From IMG/VR virus record IMGVR_UViG_3300005732_000005, positions 32,001 to 96,000 of that record: a DNA stretch of 64,000 nucleotides; one strand, given 5' to 3'. Below the pieces are notes generated by a model. The model was not told the origin of the DNA, ran no database searches, and was given only the letters and a program-made list of their open reading frames with translations. Origin of the DNA: a virus. Of the stretch, positions 55,923 through 64,000 are shown piece after piece. The translations under genes were made by a program, and so were the position numbers. Each line of letters starts with the position of its first letter. Within the stretch, counting starts at the first letter, position 1.

Positions 55923-56479
55923 TATCTATTCTCCTCAAAATTAATTCTTACACTTTGCCAATACTTATCACTAACAGTTTTCTGACCTTCACACCTGTTT
56001 TTGCAATAATAGAACTTTCCAAACTTACCTTCTTGAGGTGTCATACTTTCTCTACAACAATTACATGTAGGAAATTCTTTATAAAGGTTATTGCTTGCTT
56101 CTTTATTCAACCAAGTAGTGTCATTTAATTTGGTGTAACCTAGGTCAATTAAATCTTCTTCTGATAGTGTTTCTGGATCAAAACGGTCTCTTTGGACATT
56201 TCCTGTTCTAGACTTAAGTGAGTGTGCTAGTTCAAAATCCTTCACTGCATGAGCTAACTCATTTTCAACAGCTTCCTTTGTAGGGATATAACTTCTATCC
56301 CAAGCAGATTCAACACTAGGATCACACTCTTGTCCCAGTTCATTAATGATACCTGCTTCATAAGCTTCGTGGATTCCTACTCTCCCTGCAACATAATCAT
56401 CACAAAAAGCTTCGTGGTCAATACACATATCTAAGGAATCTTGTGCATGTTGTCCAATTACAAAGCCTCCCAAACCCAA
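55922..56479 (-). CDS. hypothetical protein with C-terminal topoisomerase-type C4 Zn ribbon
   Basis: CNCC...M....GKFGKFYYC...C. Confidence 0.65.
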   Translation of the reverse strand: MGLGGFVIGQHAQDSLDMCIDHEAFCDDYVAGRVGIHEAYEAGIINELGQECDPSVESAWDRSYIPTKEAVENELAHAVKDFELAHSLKSRTGNVQRDRFDPETLSEEDLIDLGYTKLNDTTWLNKEASNNLYKEFPTCNCCRESMTPQEGKFGKFYYCKNRCEGQKTVSDKYWQSVRINFEENR

Positions 56480-56799
56480 GTTTCAACTTTCCTAAGTCTA
56501 CATTTTACAAACTCCTCTCCGTTTTCTAAGCAGTGTTTGGCATCTTTATATCTATTGTCTCCTTGGTACTCTTGCATCCAATATCCTCTCAAATGGTCTG
56601 GTGTAGGTTTATCACAATAATCTTCGTAACAAAAATAAGTATTATTTACAGAAATTAAGTACTTGGTTTGTGGTACACCCTTCCTCCTGTCAACAAGTAT
56701 TTCATCTTCCTCTGTGAAATTATCTACGAGTATGTCTAAGTCTTCTTTAGAAAGGTTGTGTGTTGATGTTACCATTATTTATTCTCCTCAAAATTAATT
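55927..56799. repeat. 20-bp direct repeat TATTCTCCTCAAAATTAATT
   Basis: Copies at 55927-55946 and 56780-56799; partial third copy at 1604-1622. Confidence 0.8.
56458..56775 (-). CDS. hypothetical protein
   Basis: GAGGAG SD. Confidence 0.6.
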   Translation of the reverse strand: MVTSTHNLSKEDLDILVDNFTEEDEILVDRRKGVPQTKYLISVNNTYFCYEDYCDKPTPDHLRGYWMQEYQGDNRYKDAKHCLENGEEFVKCRLRKVETWVWEAL

Positions 56800-56843
56800 T
56801 CAACAAAATGTATCTTATCGTAAAAGGGTTGTTTGTGCAAGTG

Positions 56844-58118
56844 TTAAAACTCTATGTCGTAAAAACAGTTTCTATTATCACCAAGCACTTCTTTCCAACC
56901 ATCCCTCATAGTCTGTATCAGAAGGTCTCTATCATTAACTGAAACTACAAAACTATCGTGCCAAGGAAGTACACATTTACTAAGGTTCGTGAACACGTTT
57001 ATAACATAAGCTGCAATCTCAGAATCATAGTGTTGCAACATTGCCCACAAATCTTCTTTACCAAACCAGTGAGCTATATTTTCATTCTTTTCAATAAGCC
57101 TATCGAATATTTTTGTTATATCTCCCTTCCCAAGACGGATACCTTTGAATTCAGACTTTTCTGAGAATATCTTGAACAAAGCTGCTTTTGCTGTTTTAAT
57201 ATCCTTGGAGTTAAGTAGACACATCATAGCATATTTACTTAAAAGTCTGGATGAATTTGTATCATCACCCTCTCCAAGTATATCTTTTATACAACAGTAA
57301 GGTTCCCAACTCATAGGTTTATAAACTTTATCTATTTCCATTAAGATTCTAGGGTGCATCTGTTTAAAATCAACTTCTGTTGTTTTCATTCCATTAATGG
57401 TTATGTGTTTCCTGAACTCAGATCTGGTAGTTTGTAAACAACTTTGAGTGTACCACCTACCATGCTTATCTAAACAGTCAGTGAAAACTCTTTTATATAC
57501 TGCACAAACAGGATGCATTTTACACCTTATATCGAAAGCTTCAAGAACCTTATTATACTTTACTACAAGCTCTCTTTTATTCTTTATACCTCTTAATTTA
57601 CTTAATTCGGTAATAAGGTCTCCCGTCTTAGAATCCCTAAGTTCGATAAATGTTGCAACAGGAAGTGGTCTACCTACACGCTCCATATCTACCTTATCAA
57701 AAACTTCTATAAGTCTATCAGTTATAGTGTAGCAACTTTTTAAACTGGTATTTGTTTCTAGATCAAAGAAACCTTTATACAGATTTATGTAACCTAGTTT
57801 ATCAAGTGTTTCAACAACCCTCTTACACTTTACATAAGAGATCTTACTTCCATTAAGTTCATTTGCCTTTGTGTAATTAGCTTTTCGTAAGGAAAACATG
57901 CTACCACTAAGTCCCTTTTTTATAGGGTTAATAGCTGATGTGATAAAAACCCAAACCTCTTTTTTGTGATTACTAGGTAAGTACTTCATAAAATGATTGT
58001 GGACAGGTATAAGCTTCTTATTCTCATTGAAACCTATATAGAAAGGTTCACAACCTATCGTTATTAATGTTCTGTCTTCTGGAGATAGATCCTTTAGATT
58101 TATTGTCATTACATTCAC
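56844..58118 (-). CDS. TV-Pol-like polymerase (family A DNA Pol / T7 RNAP-related palm)
   Basis: GRWY, motif A EVDF..MHP, motif B RLLSK, LQHYDS, motif C PWHDSF. Confidence 0.65.
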   Translation of the reverse strand: MNVMTINLKDLSPEDRTLITIGCEPFYIGFNENKKLIPVHNHFMKYLPSNHKKEVWVFITSAINPIKKGLSGSMFSLRKANYTKANELNGSKISYVKCKRVVETLDKLGYINLYKGFFDLETNTSLKSCYTITDRLIEVFDKVDMERVGRPLPVATFIELRDSKTGDLITELSKLRGIKNKRELVVKYNKVLEAFDIRCKMHPVCAVYKRVFTDCLDKHGRWYTQSCLQTTRSEFRKHITINGMKTTEVDFKQMHPRILMEIDKVYKPMSWEPYCCIKDILGEGDDTNSSRLLSKYAMMCLLNSKDIKTAKAALFKIFSEKSEFKGIRLGKGDITKIFDRLIEKNENIAHWFGKEDLWAMLQHYDSEIAAYVINVFTNLSKCVLPWHDSFVVSVNDRDLLIQTMRDGWKEVLGDNRNCFYDIEF

Positions 58119-58251
58119 CTTCGTTATTTAGGTTAATATTGTTAATCATTATGTAATTTACGCATTTAAGTATATAAGTGGCTCTGGACATACTAGCTCT
58201 ATTAGAATCAATATACTCTAATATAGGTCTAGGAAGTATCAATTTCAACAT
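58048..58251 (-). CDS. small ribbon-helix-helix-like protein
   Basis: LKLILP...LEYID.....MSRATYI pattern (CopG/Arc-like); GGAG SD. Confidence 0.5.
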   Translation of the reverse strand: MLKLILPRPILEYIDSNRASMSRATYILKCVNYIMINNINLNNEGECNDNKSKGSISRRQNINNDRL

Positions 58252-58344
58252 AAGTATTTCTCCAATAAGTATGTATATAGTTAGAAAGGGGAGTTCATAT
58301 GGTTCGCTAAAAACTATAAAACCTATATAAAATAATCACTTAAC

Positions 58345-58575
58345 CTACGTTTTTTGAATTCGGTTTGTTAAATGTATCTCTATTTCACCTCCCAATACCT
58401 TAATAACTTCTACTATTACATCCACACTTACATCAGATCCTGACCTAGTTAAAATAGAGGTTAATTGGGATTTGTGAAAACCTCCATCTCCCATCGCAAC
58501 TATTTGGTCGTAGGTGAGCTTGTTTTCATACTTGAGAGTTTTAACTATATCGCAAAGCTTGCTTTTAACATTCAT
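58345..58575 (-). CDS. XRE-like helix-turn-helix protein
   Basis: LTYDQIV...KSQLTSIL...VSVD.I..VI..LG. Confidence 0.6.
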   Translation of the reverse strand: MNVKSKLCDIVKTLKYENKLTYDQIVAMGDGGFHKSQLTSILTRSGSDVSVDVIVEVIKVLGGEIEIHLTNRIQKT

Positions 58576-58822
58576 TTGATTTCTCCTGTTCATAATACAT
58601 TATACCATGAATATTTCTATATACCAAGTTTCCTGAACAACTATAAAAGTAGGTAGGTTTTATCAAGATTATTCTCCTACAAATTACCCCTATTATACAA
58701 CTATGGTGCCCTCTAAGACGTAAGTCTATGTTTCATAAGGAAAAGCACCTCTAAAATTACCTATCACTGGAACACTAAAAAACCACTCCCATTTGCAACA
58801 ATTTTCCTTCGAAATAATGACC

Positions 58823-59104
58823 TCATCTCAACTTCACACTACTGGCACAAAACTTATAGCTAGAACAATCATTAGCCACAATATGCTTGCCAATAAAAGT
58901 TTTCATATGTTCAATAAATTCATCATTTGTCATATCATCTAGTGTATCCACATCTCCAAAGGTGCCATCTTCATCATCAATTGCAAAATCAATAATTACA
59001 ACACCTCCAGTAGTTGTCTCTACAATAAACCCTTCGAAATAGGATTGTTCCCACACATCATCATAACCCTCTTCCACACCTACAATTTCACCTTCAATCT
59101 TCAT
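58823..59104 (-). CDS. hypothetical protein
   Basis: GAGG SD. Confidence 0.6.
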   Translation of the reverse strand: MKIEGEIVGVEEGYDDVWEQSYFEGFIVETTTGGVVIIDFAIDDEDGTFGDVDTLDDMTNDEFIEHMKTFIGKHIVANDCSSYKFCASSVKLR

Positions 59105-59146
59105 AACAACCTCTCACCATTATACCTACAGTAGTGTGATATTTAA

Positions 59147-59395
59147 TCACTTCCAAACCCATTGAATCTTTGTCTCAGAATATCCTTTTGGGAAAACTAT
59201 GTCAATTGTGTAATAAGTATCAAGGTCTTTAATTACATCAATAATTTCGAAACAATACTCATTTTTCAATTGATCAATCACTTCATCAAGACCTCTTATA
59301 GACCCGTAAGCACTCAAATAGTTTTTAATGGAAAGTTTATCCGAAAAAGGGAAATTATATCCATCACTATCTAGGTAAAAATATTTCTTATTCAT
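59147..59395 (-). CDS. hypothetical protein
   Basis: ATGA coupling. Confidence 0.6.
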   Translation of the reverse strand: MNKKYFYLDSDGYNFPFSDKLSIKNYLSAYGSIRGLDEVIDQLKNEYCFEIIDVIKDLDTYYTIDIVFPKGYSETKIQWVWK

Positions 59396-59763
59396 AACAA
59401 CTCCTTCAAATGACTTAGTGTAAAAGAAAATCCATCAAGATATCTTTCTTCTAACCTTGTAATAAATTCTTTAGCAGTTTCCTCTTTTGTAGAAGAGTCT
59501 GTCAATTCCTCTAACAAATCTTTAATCCAATATTCTTCCCAACAAGAATCATAACCATCATCCTCAAAGTAGCCAACTGTACCATCAAGATACACTACCA
59601 AACTCTTATCACCACCATCCGTTACAACAAAACCTTCTTCTGTAGTTTGTTCCTCTTCATGAAGGACATTATTTGTAATAAATTTTGGTTTAATATCATA
59701 CCTACTATCTTCGATATATTCCATCATAAGCTTTAGTTCTTGTTTAGTGATTAAGTTTTTCAT
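59392..59763 (-). CDS. hypothetical protein
   Basis: GAGGAG SD. Confidence 0.6.
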   Translation of the reverse strand: MKNLITKQELKLMMEYIEDSRYDIKPKFITNNVLHEEEQTTEEGFVVTDGGDKSLVVYLDGTVGYFEDDGYDSCWEEYWIKDLLEELTDSSTKEETAKEFITRLEERYLDGFSFTLSHLKELL

Positions 59764-59764
59764 A

Positions 59765-60148
59765 TTATTTCTCCTCTAATTTTCCAACACTACCATAAAC
59801 TAATTCACTCTCAACTTCAACATCCACTTCACCATAATAATCTTCTGTGTAAGATGTTTTCAATTCAACTTTGATCATAACGTTATCACCTTCTCGGACA
59901 TCAAAATTATCTTTAATCAGCCCATGCATATCCATACATTCCCAATGCAAAACAGATTCCTCATCATAAGAGAGATATTCTGTATCAAACTCCACATCTT
60001 TGTCAAGGATTTCATAGTTAATATCACCTAGATAATGTAGCTGGTATTTTATTGTGCATGTTGGAGAGATTTCTTGTAATCTATATTCCGTACGTTCAAT
60101 GTCTCCAATCTCTTGTATTGCTATATTCCAGTTAAAACTACTCATCAC
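59765..60148 (-). CDS. hypothetical acidic protein
   Basis: GAGGT SD. Confidence 0.6.
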   Translation of the reverse strand: MMSSFNWNIAIQEIGDIERTEYRLQEISPTCTIKYQLHYLGDINYEILDKDVEFDTEYLSYDEESVLHWECMDMHGLIKDNFDVREGDNVMIKVELKTSYTEDYYGEVDVEVESELVYGSVGKLEEK

Positions 60149-60314
60149 TCACCTCTAATTCAAAATCACACTCAAGGATAGCACTCTTTACATCAGATAG
60201 TGACATTTCCTTACATTCATAATCCCAGTGATACTCAATCGAACTCACGGTTATATTAATCTCACCATCACGGATCATCTCTTTGATAACCTCTTTAATT
60301 AATTTCTTATCCAT
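60138..60314 (-). CDS. hypothetical protein (58 aa, missed by ORF track)
   Basis: GGAGG SD; fills the operon gap. Confidence 0.55.
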   Translation of the reverse strand: MDKKLIKEVIKEMIRDGEINITVSSIEYHWDYECKEMSLSDVKSAILECDFELEVSDE

Positions 60315-60315
60315 A

Positions 60316-60519
60316 TTAACCTCCCAATAAATAACCTATAATGAAAAATATAACCGTCACCAATACCTGTGCATCACGTATACTTTCTAAACGATTCTGT
60401 ATGTCATCTTCTAACTTACTCAAGTGTATCCTTTGTAGGGTAGCATCCTTGCCCAGAACAGCTTGATTGTAAGATTCAAGAGTATCTTGGTTGATACGGT
60501 ATCTACTGGACATCCCCAC
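60316..60519 (-). CDS. small protein with C-terminal TM
   Basis: Hydrophobic C-terminus. Confidence 0.55.
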   Translation of the reverse strand: MGMSSRYRINQDTLESYNQAVLGKDATLQRIHLSKLEDDIQNRLESIRDAQVLVTVIFFIIGYLLGG

Positions 60520-60811
60520 TCTCTATCATCACCATACACCCTTGGTAAATATCTTTATTCACTTCTTCTACAACAAACCATGTGTGAACAAAACCTAGCA
60601 TCACAGCAATTACATGTAGGAACATTAAAGCACCTCCTGTAATAAACCCTAAAGCAAGAAGCATAAGGATTGCTAATCCCCAATCGTTCTTACCGCAATA
60701 GAAGTAGTGTGCTCCGAAAGCTCCTAAGAAAAATCCAACGATATATGCGATAAGGGCATTCTTCTTGCGACTGTTGTATAACATTTCTACTTGTAACATC
60801 TTATTCATCAT
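60503..60811 (-). CDS. TM2-domain membrane protein
   Basis: KKNALIAY...FFLGAFGAHYFYCG signature. Confidence 0.85.
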   Translation of the reverse strand: MMNKMLQVEMLYNSRKKNALIAYIVGFFLGAFGAHYFYCGKNDWGLAILMLLALGFITGGALMFLHVIAVMLGFVHTWFVVEEVNKDIYQGCMVMIESGDVQ

Positions 60812-61040
60812 TCTTCTCCTCATTGTTAATTTCTACCGACTCCATATCTTCGAAAGGGTTTAACTCCCAAGACACCACCTCATTCTCACTGAGTAACGTT
60901 TTGAGAGCATTTCTCAAGTGACGAGTATCTTGTTCTACCTTACGGTCATATTCCTCTTTGTGAGCTTTCTCTACTTCAAGGATACGTTTATGGTAAGCAT
61001 CTATTCTTGCTTGAACTAATGGTTCGTATAAGAGTTTCAT
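60801..61040 (-). CDS. hypothetical protein
   Basis: GAGGAG SD; TTGACT box upstream. Confidence 0.6.
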   Translation of the reverse strand: MKLLYEPLVQARIDAYHKRILEVEKAHKEEYDRKVEQDTRHLRNALKTLLSENEVVSWELNPFEDMESVEINNEEKNDE

Positions 61041-61127
61041 TGTTAGTCTCCTCTGTTTCGATAGGTATAATATTCTCAGAAAAGATCTCTCTAGTCAAGG
61101 ACTTTTTGAAAAATCTTTTATTAGGTA

Positions 61128-61847
61128 TTAAATAAACTCATCCTCTTTAAGTTTCTTATGTAAATAAAGCTCACCTTTTCCAGTGACCATTGTTACATTG
61201 AAAACTCGACTGTTCCTAGTAGTCTGTTTCACCACAAAGTAACCTTGATCCACAAATCTTTGGTAAGGGCGGTTGTTGTCCATAAGGATCTTAAGTTCTC
61301 TTAATTTATCGTATAGCTTATTCCTGCCTACACCAAGAGCTTTCGCTACACTATTCATATCCTGCAGATTAACTACCTCACTAACATCATTGGCGAAATC
61401 AATCTTGTGCTGATTGTCTTTTCTGAAAATCAGTCCTTCTCTGATTATAGTTTTAGCATCTGCAGGTAAGTCTTTGTAGAATGTCTCCATAATAAGGTCT
61501 ACATCACTAACAAAACCACCTGTCTTACGTATTGTTGGTAATACTTCTTCCATCACCCAATCTTGGAATTCTTCTGCATTAGACATCCTACTCCTCATTA
61601 CCAACCTATACACATCTTTCTCAGGGATGAGTTTAATACCTGTAGGTTTTGCATCCATACCTAATTCTAACGTTTCGTTATAATTAAGTTTAATCAAGAA
61701 CTTACAATGGTCTTTTAAGGTTTTACTAGGATTTGTGTACTCTAGTATCTTACAAACCTCGTTACCTACAAAATAAGGTTTATCCTCATAAACCACCACT
61801 TCCAATTGACCAAAAACTTCATGGTCAAACTTATTCACTTTCGTCAT
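61128..61847 (-). CDS. Bro-N / ANT (KilAC) antirepressor-like DNA-binding protein
   Basis: FG.L.V....PYFV..VC..L.Y.NP, YRLVMRS...AEEFQDWV.EEVLPTIRKTG; GRNKLY..LR, PYQRFVDQGYF, VTGKG. Confidence 0.9.
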   Translation of the reverse strand: MTKVNKFDHEVFGQLEVVVYEDKPYFVGNEVCKILEYTNPSKTLKDHCKFLIKLNYNETLELGMDAKPTGIKLIPEKDVYRLVMRSRMSNAEEFQDWVMEEVLPTIRKTGGFVSDVDLIMETFYKDLPADAKTIIREGLIFRKDNQHKIDFANDVSEVVNLQDMNSVAKALGVGRNKLYDKLRELKILMDNNRPYQRFVDQGYFVVKQTTRNSRVFNVTMVTGKGELYLHKKLKEDEFI

Positions 61848-61919
61848 AATCTTTCTCCTCTTTTATTAATAAATTTATTCCCACATTTAACCTTCCTTTT
61901 CAAAACTACTCTTCCATAA

Positions 61920-62255
61920 TCATTCCTCCATCAAATTTTCAATGTCACTAAGTATATCGTCACAATCTTCAAAGTCAACCATTTCTTCAAATAAATTTTC
62001 CTCGGGATTGTTCATTAAGAAAGTGTTTCTCAAGTCTTCAATATCCAGACAAGGGTCTACCTTAGACCAACACCCCACTTCCAACTCGCCACTTTCTGCC
62101 ATCTTCCTTAACTCATTAAGACGTTCTCTTATCTTAAGATACTCTTGTTTTGGCATACGATCTATGAAGTCAAGATGTAACCTAGCAAAGTAAAGTTTAT
62201 CCCAATACTCTTTGTTTATAACAGGATCTAGGAATGACGGAACATGACCTTTCAT
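61920..62255 (-). CDS. hypothetical protein
   Basis: GGAG SD. Confidence 0.6.
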   Translation of the reverse strand: MKGHVPSFLDPVINKEYWDKLYFARLHLDFIDRMPKQEYLKIRERLNELRKMAESGELEVGCWSKVDPCLDIEDLRNTFLMNNPEENLFEEMVDFEDCDDILSDIENLMEE

Positions 62256-62389
62256 ATAATACTCTCCAAAACATCTTTCAAAATAAACATATCTATCACT
62301 AACAATATCAACCCAACAAGAACTTTAATCTCCAAGGGAATACTTGGGTCAACAAGAACGTTAATTAAAATAAAAGCCATTACACACAT
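62252..62389 (-). CDS. small membrane protein (45 aa, missed by ORF track)
   Basis: AGGAG SD; hydrophobic; follows a TTGACG...TACAAT promoter. Confidence 0.55.
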   Translation of the reverse strand: MCVMAFILINVLVDPSIPLEIKVLVGLILLVIDMFILKDVLESII

Positions 62390-62525
62390 GATCTGCTCCT
62401 GATTTATTTAGTAAGAACATTGTAAGAGAAGAAACCTTTTACGTCAACAACTTTTTGAAAATTTTATCTAATTGATAATGGTTGTTATTCCTGTTATAAT
62501 AACTAATAAACACGGAGACATATTT

Positions 62526-62666
62526 ATGACAAAGAAAGTTGTTAAAGTGACACGTAATTATCCAGATGGTTCCAAAGAGGAACTTGAGATTGAGGTCACT
62601 CCTAAAAAGAAAACAACTCCTCGCAAAAAGAGGACAACTAATGCAAATAAAGATAACGAGAAGTAA
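62526..62666 (+). CDS. small basic protein
   Basis: GGAG SD after the TGTTATAAT promoter; K/R-rich. Confidence 0.55.
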   Translation: MTKKVVKVTRNYPDGSKEELEIEVTPKKKTTPRKKRTTNANKDNEK

Positions 62667-63117
62667 AGATAGACGACCATTAAATAGGTTATTATCTAGA
62701 ATCCAAACTCTCCACAATAAAAGTGTCTCAATAGGTTACTTTAAAGACCAACGTGCTCACAAACAAGCTGATATGCCTTATGCAAACCTCCTTTTTATAC
62801 ACGCTTTTGGTTTGGTAGATGGTGCTCCTGTGAGGGATGTGATGTCTAACATTAAACCTTTCTTGGGTGGTGGTGAGCAACAGAGTAACTTTTTTAAAGA
62901 CCTTCTTAAGAGATATTTTAAGAAAGGTTCTAGATATACAGCACAAGAGTTTCTGAGTGATATTGGCCAGAGTTATAGAGATAAAGGTAAGGCAGTGTTT
63001 GGTAACCCTAACTTACTGGAAGTTACTAACAATCCTACACCTTTACTAGACACTAAAGAGCTTAGAGATAACTTTGCTTACAAAACTTCTATTACAATGA
63101 AAACAGTTACGAGGTAG
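62641..63117 (+). CDS. neck / tail-completion (virion morphogenesis) protein
   Basis: VSIGYF, YA.L..IHAFG, PLLDT.EL patterns; start at ATG 62641. Confidence 0.7.
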   Translation: MQIKITRSKDRRPLNRLLSRIQTLHNKSVSIGYFKDQRAHKQADMPYANLLFIHAFGLVDGAPVRDVMSNIKPFLGGGEQQSNFFKDLLKRYFKKGSRYTAQEFLSDIGQSYRDKGKAVFGNPNLLEVTNNPTPLLDTKELRDNFAYKTSITMKTVTR

Positions 63118-63119
63118 GT

Positions 63120-63485
63120 ATGTCGATTAGTTTATTTAACAGATCAGAGACCTTGTACAGGACAAACTCTAACAATTGGTATTATGGTGAAGATGGTAGA
63201 CCTGTCTTCACGGAAGATACTGAGACAATAACTTGCTCTATTCAACCATATCGTGATGGTAAAAATACCTTCCGAGTGCCAGAGGGTTTCCAAAGTATTT
63301 ACGGTATAAAGGTTTACTCTAAAGAACAGATTATTGCCAACGATGAAGTGCTTGAGACGCTCGGAGACGAGATTGAATATGAAGGTCAAAGGTTTGTATG
63401 TATTGATGTAGCAAACTTCACAGGACACGGCCTGACTATCCCTGAACACTACTTAGCTCTGTTCTACAGAAAGGATAAACGATAA
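63120..63485 (+). CDS. head-closure / head-tail joining protein
   Basis: CSIQP, PEG, IKVYS, GDEIEYEGQRF, HY. Confidence 0.7.
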   Translation: MSISLFNRSETLYRTNSNNWYYGEDGRPVFTEDTETITCSIQPYRDGKNTFRVPEGFQSIYGIKVYSKEQIIANDEVLETLGDEIEYEGQRFVCIDVANFTGHGLTIPEHYLALFYRKDKR

Positions 63486-64000
63486 TGAGTTTTGAATCCA
63501 AGAAATTAGAACTAGCTTTAGGTGATATGGTGTCCGTAGCAATTGGTGACAAACTATCTACTATGAGAAAAATGGTTGATGGCACAGTGGTTGATGTCCC
63601 AAGTGTGATCCTTGCTAGAAATATGTCGCCCATTAGTGGGAAAGTTCCTCCTGCCCCTGATTATCCTTTCTTGATGGTAGATAAAGCTCAGACACAAAAA
63701 GTGGTTAGTGTACAAGAGAAATACTTTGATGGTGATGATCATATTCACGAAACAGGTATTGTTGTCAGAGTAAATGTTAAAATCTTTGGAACAAGTGATC
63801 ACGATGTAGATGATATTGCTGGATTACTTGACCAATCTTTCACTGTTGATGATTACAGAAACTTAATAGAAACAAATTACGGTAAAAGATGTCGCATGAT
63901 GAGGACAAGTGATGTGGTAACAACTGCAGCCTCTCTAAACGATGTCTACCAAGAAGTAGCTACCTTTGATGTATATTTCTCTACAGTAAGAAGTTTCACT
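63485..64000 (+). CDS. tail terminator / neck protein (runs off the window)
   Basis: TAATG-coupled open frame MSFESKK...PPAPDYPFLMVD; synteny. Confidence 0.6.
   Translation, partial: MSFESKKLELALGDMVSVAIGDKLSTMRKMVDGTVVDVPSVILARNMSPISGKVPPAPDYPFLMVDKAQTQKVVSVQEKYFDGDDHIHETGIVVRVNVKIFGTSDHDVDDIAGLLDQSFTVDDYRNLIETNYGKRCRMMRTSDVVTTAASLNDVYQEVATFDVYFSTVRSFT

Noticed and set aside
956-63802. Numerous 60-130-aa ORFs antisense to long genes in the ORF track
   Set aside because: Shadow frames without SD sequences, opposite to well-supported operons.
1-64000. CRISPR-Cas, reverse transcriptase/DGR, integrase, intein or rRNA
   Set aside because: No regularly spaced repeat-spacer array and no Cas, RT, recombinase, intein or rRNA signature seen by eye; a weak degenerate array cannot be fully excluded without software.

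Overview
This is a 64-kb AT-rich segment of a large tailed dsDNA bacteriophage, apparently lytic since no integrase is present. Gene content (XkdF-type prohead protease, lambda-E-type major capsid protein, T5orf172/CapR-type homing endonucleases, RdgC, SPFH) suggests a marine Vibrio phage related to ICP1; that assignment is inference. Layout: (1) 1-19.6 kb, minus strand: early/middle genes (three exonucleases, SPFH, RdgC, ATP-dependent ligase, PIF1 helicase, DprA/SLOG, a stand-alone class II aaRS-like enzyme with a MazG-like partner) plus a non-coding RNA cluster with tRNA-Gly at 12.0-13.35 kb. (2) 19.7-33.3 kb, plus strand: late genes (holin-like proteins, tailspike, TerS, a homing endonuclease, TerL, portal, protease, scaffold, decoration, major capsid). 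TerL is split by two group I introns sitting in Walker A and Walker B. (3) 33.3-49.7 kb: a ~16-kb cassette of fibre/adhesin-like virion proteins with three tandem collar/HxH paralogs and a 2OG-Fe(II) oxygenase. (4) A second homing endonuclease and a head-tail adaptor, then a ~10-kb minus-strand block (secreted proteins, a TV-Pol-like polymerase with an RHH partner, Bro-N/ANT antirepressor). (5) Neck/tail-completion genes to the window end. The strongest novelty candidates are a promoter- and terminator-bounded RNA displaying multiple anti-Shine-Dalgarno loops (12.0-12.5 kb), the double-intron TerL with an adjacent free-standing endonuclease, the appendage cassette, the aaRS-like/MazG-like pair and the TV-Pol module. 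All annotations come from motif recognition by eye; no searches were run.
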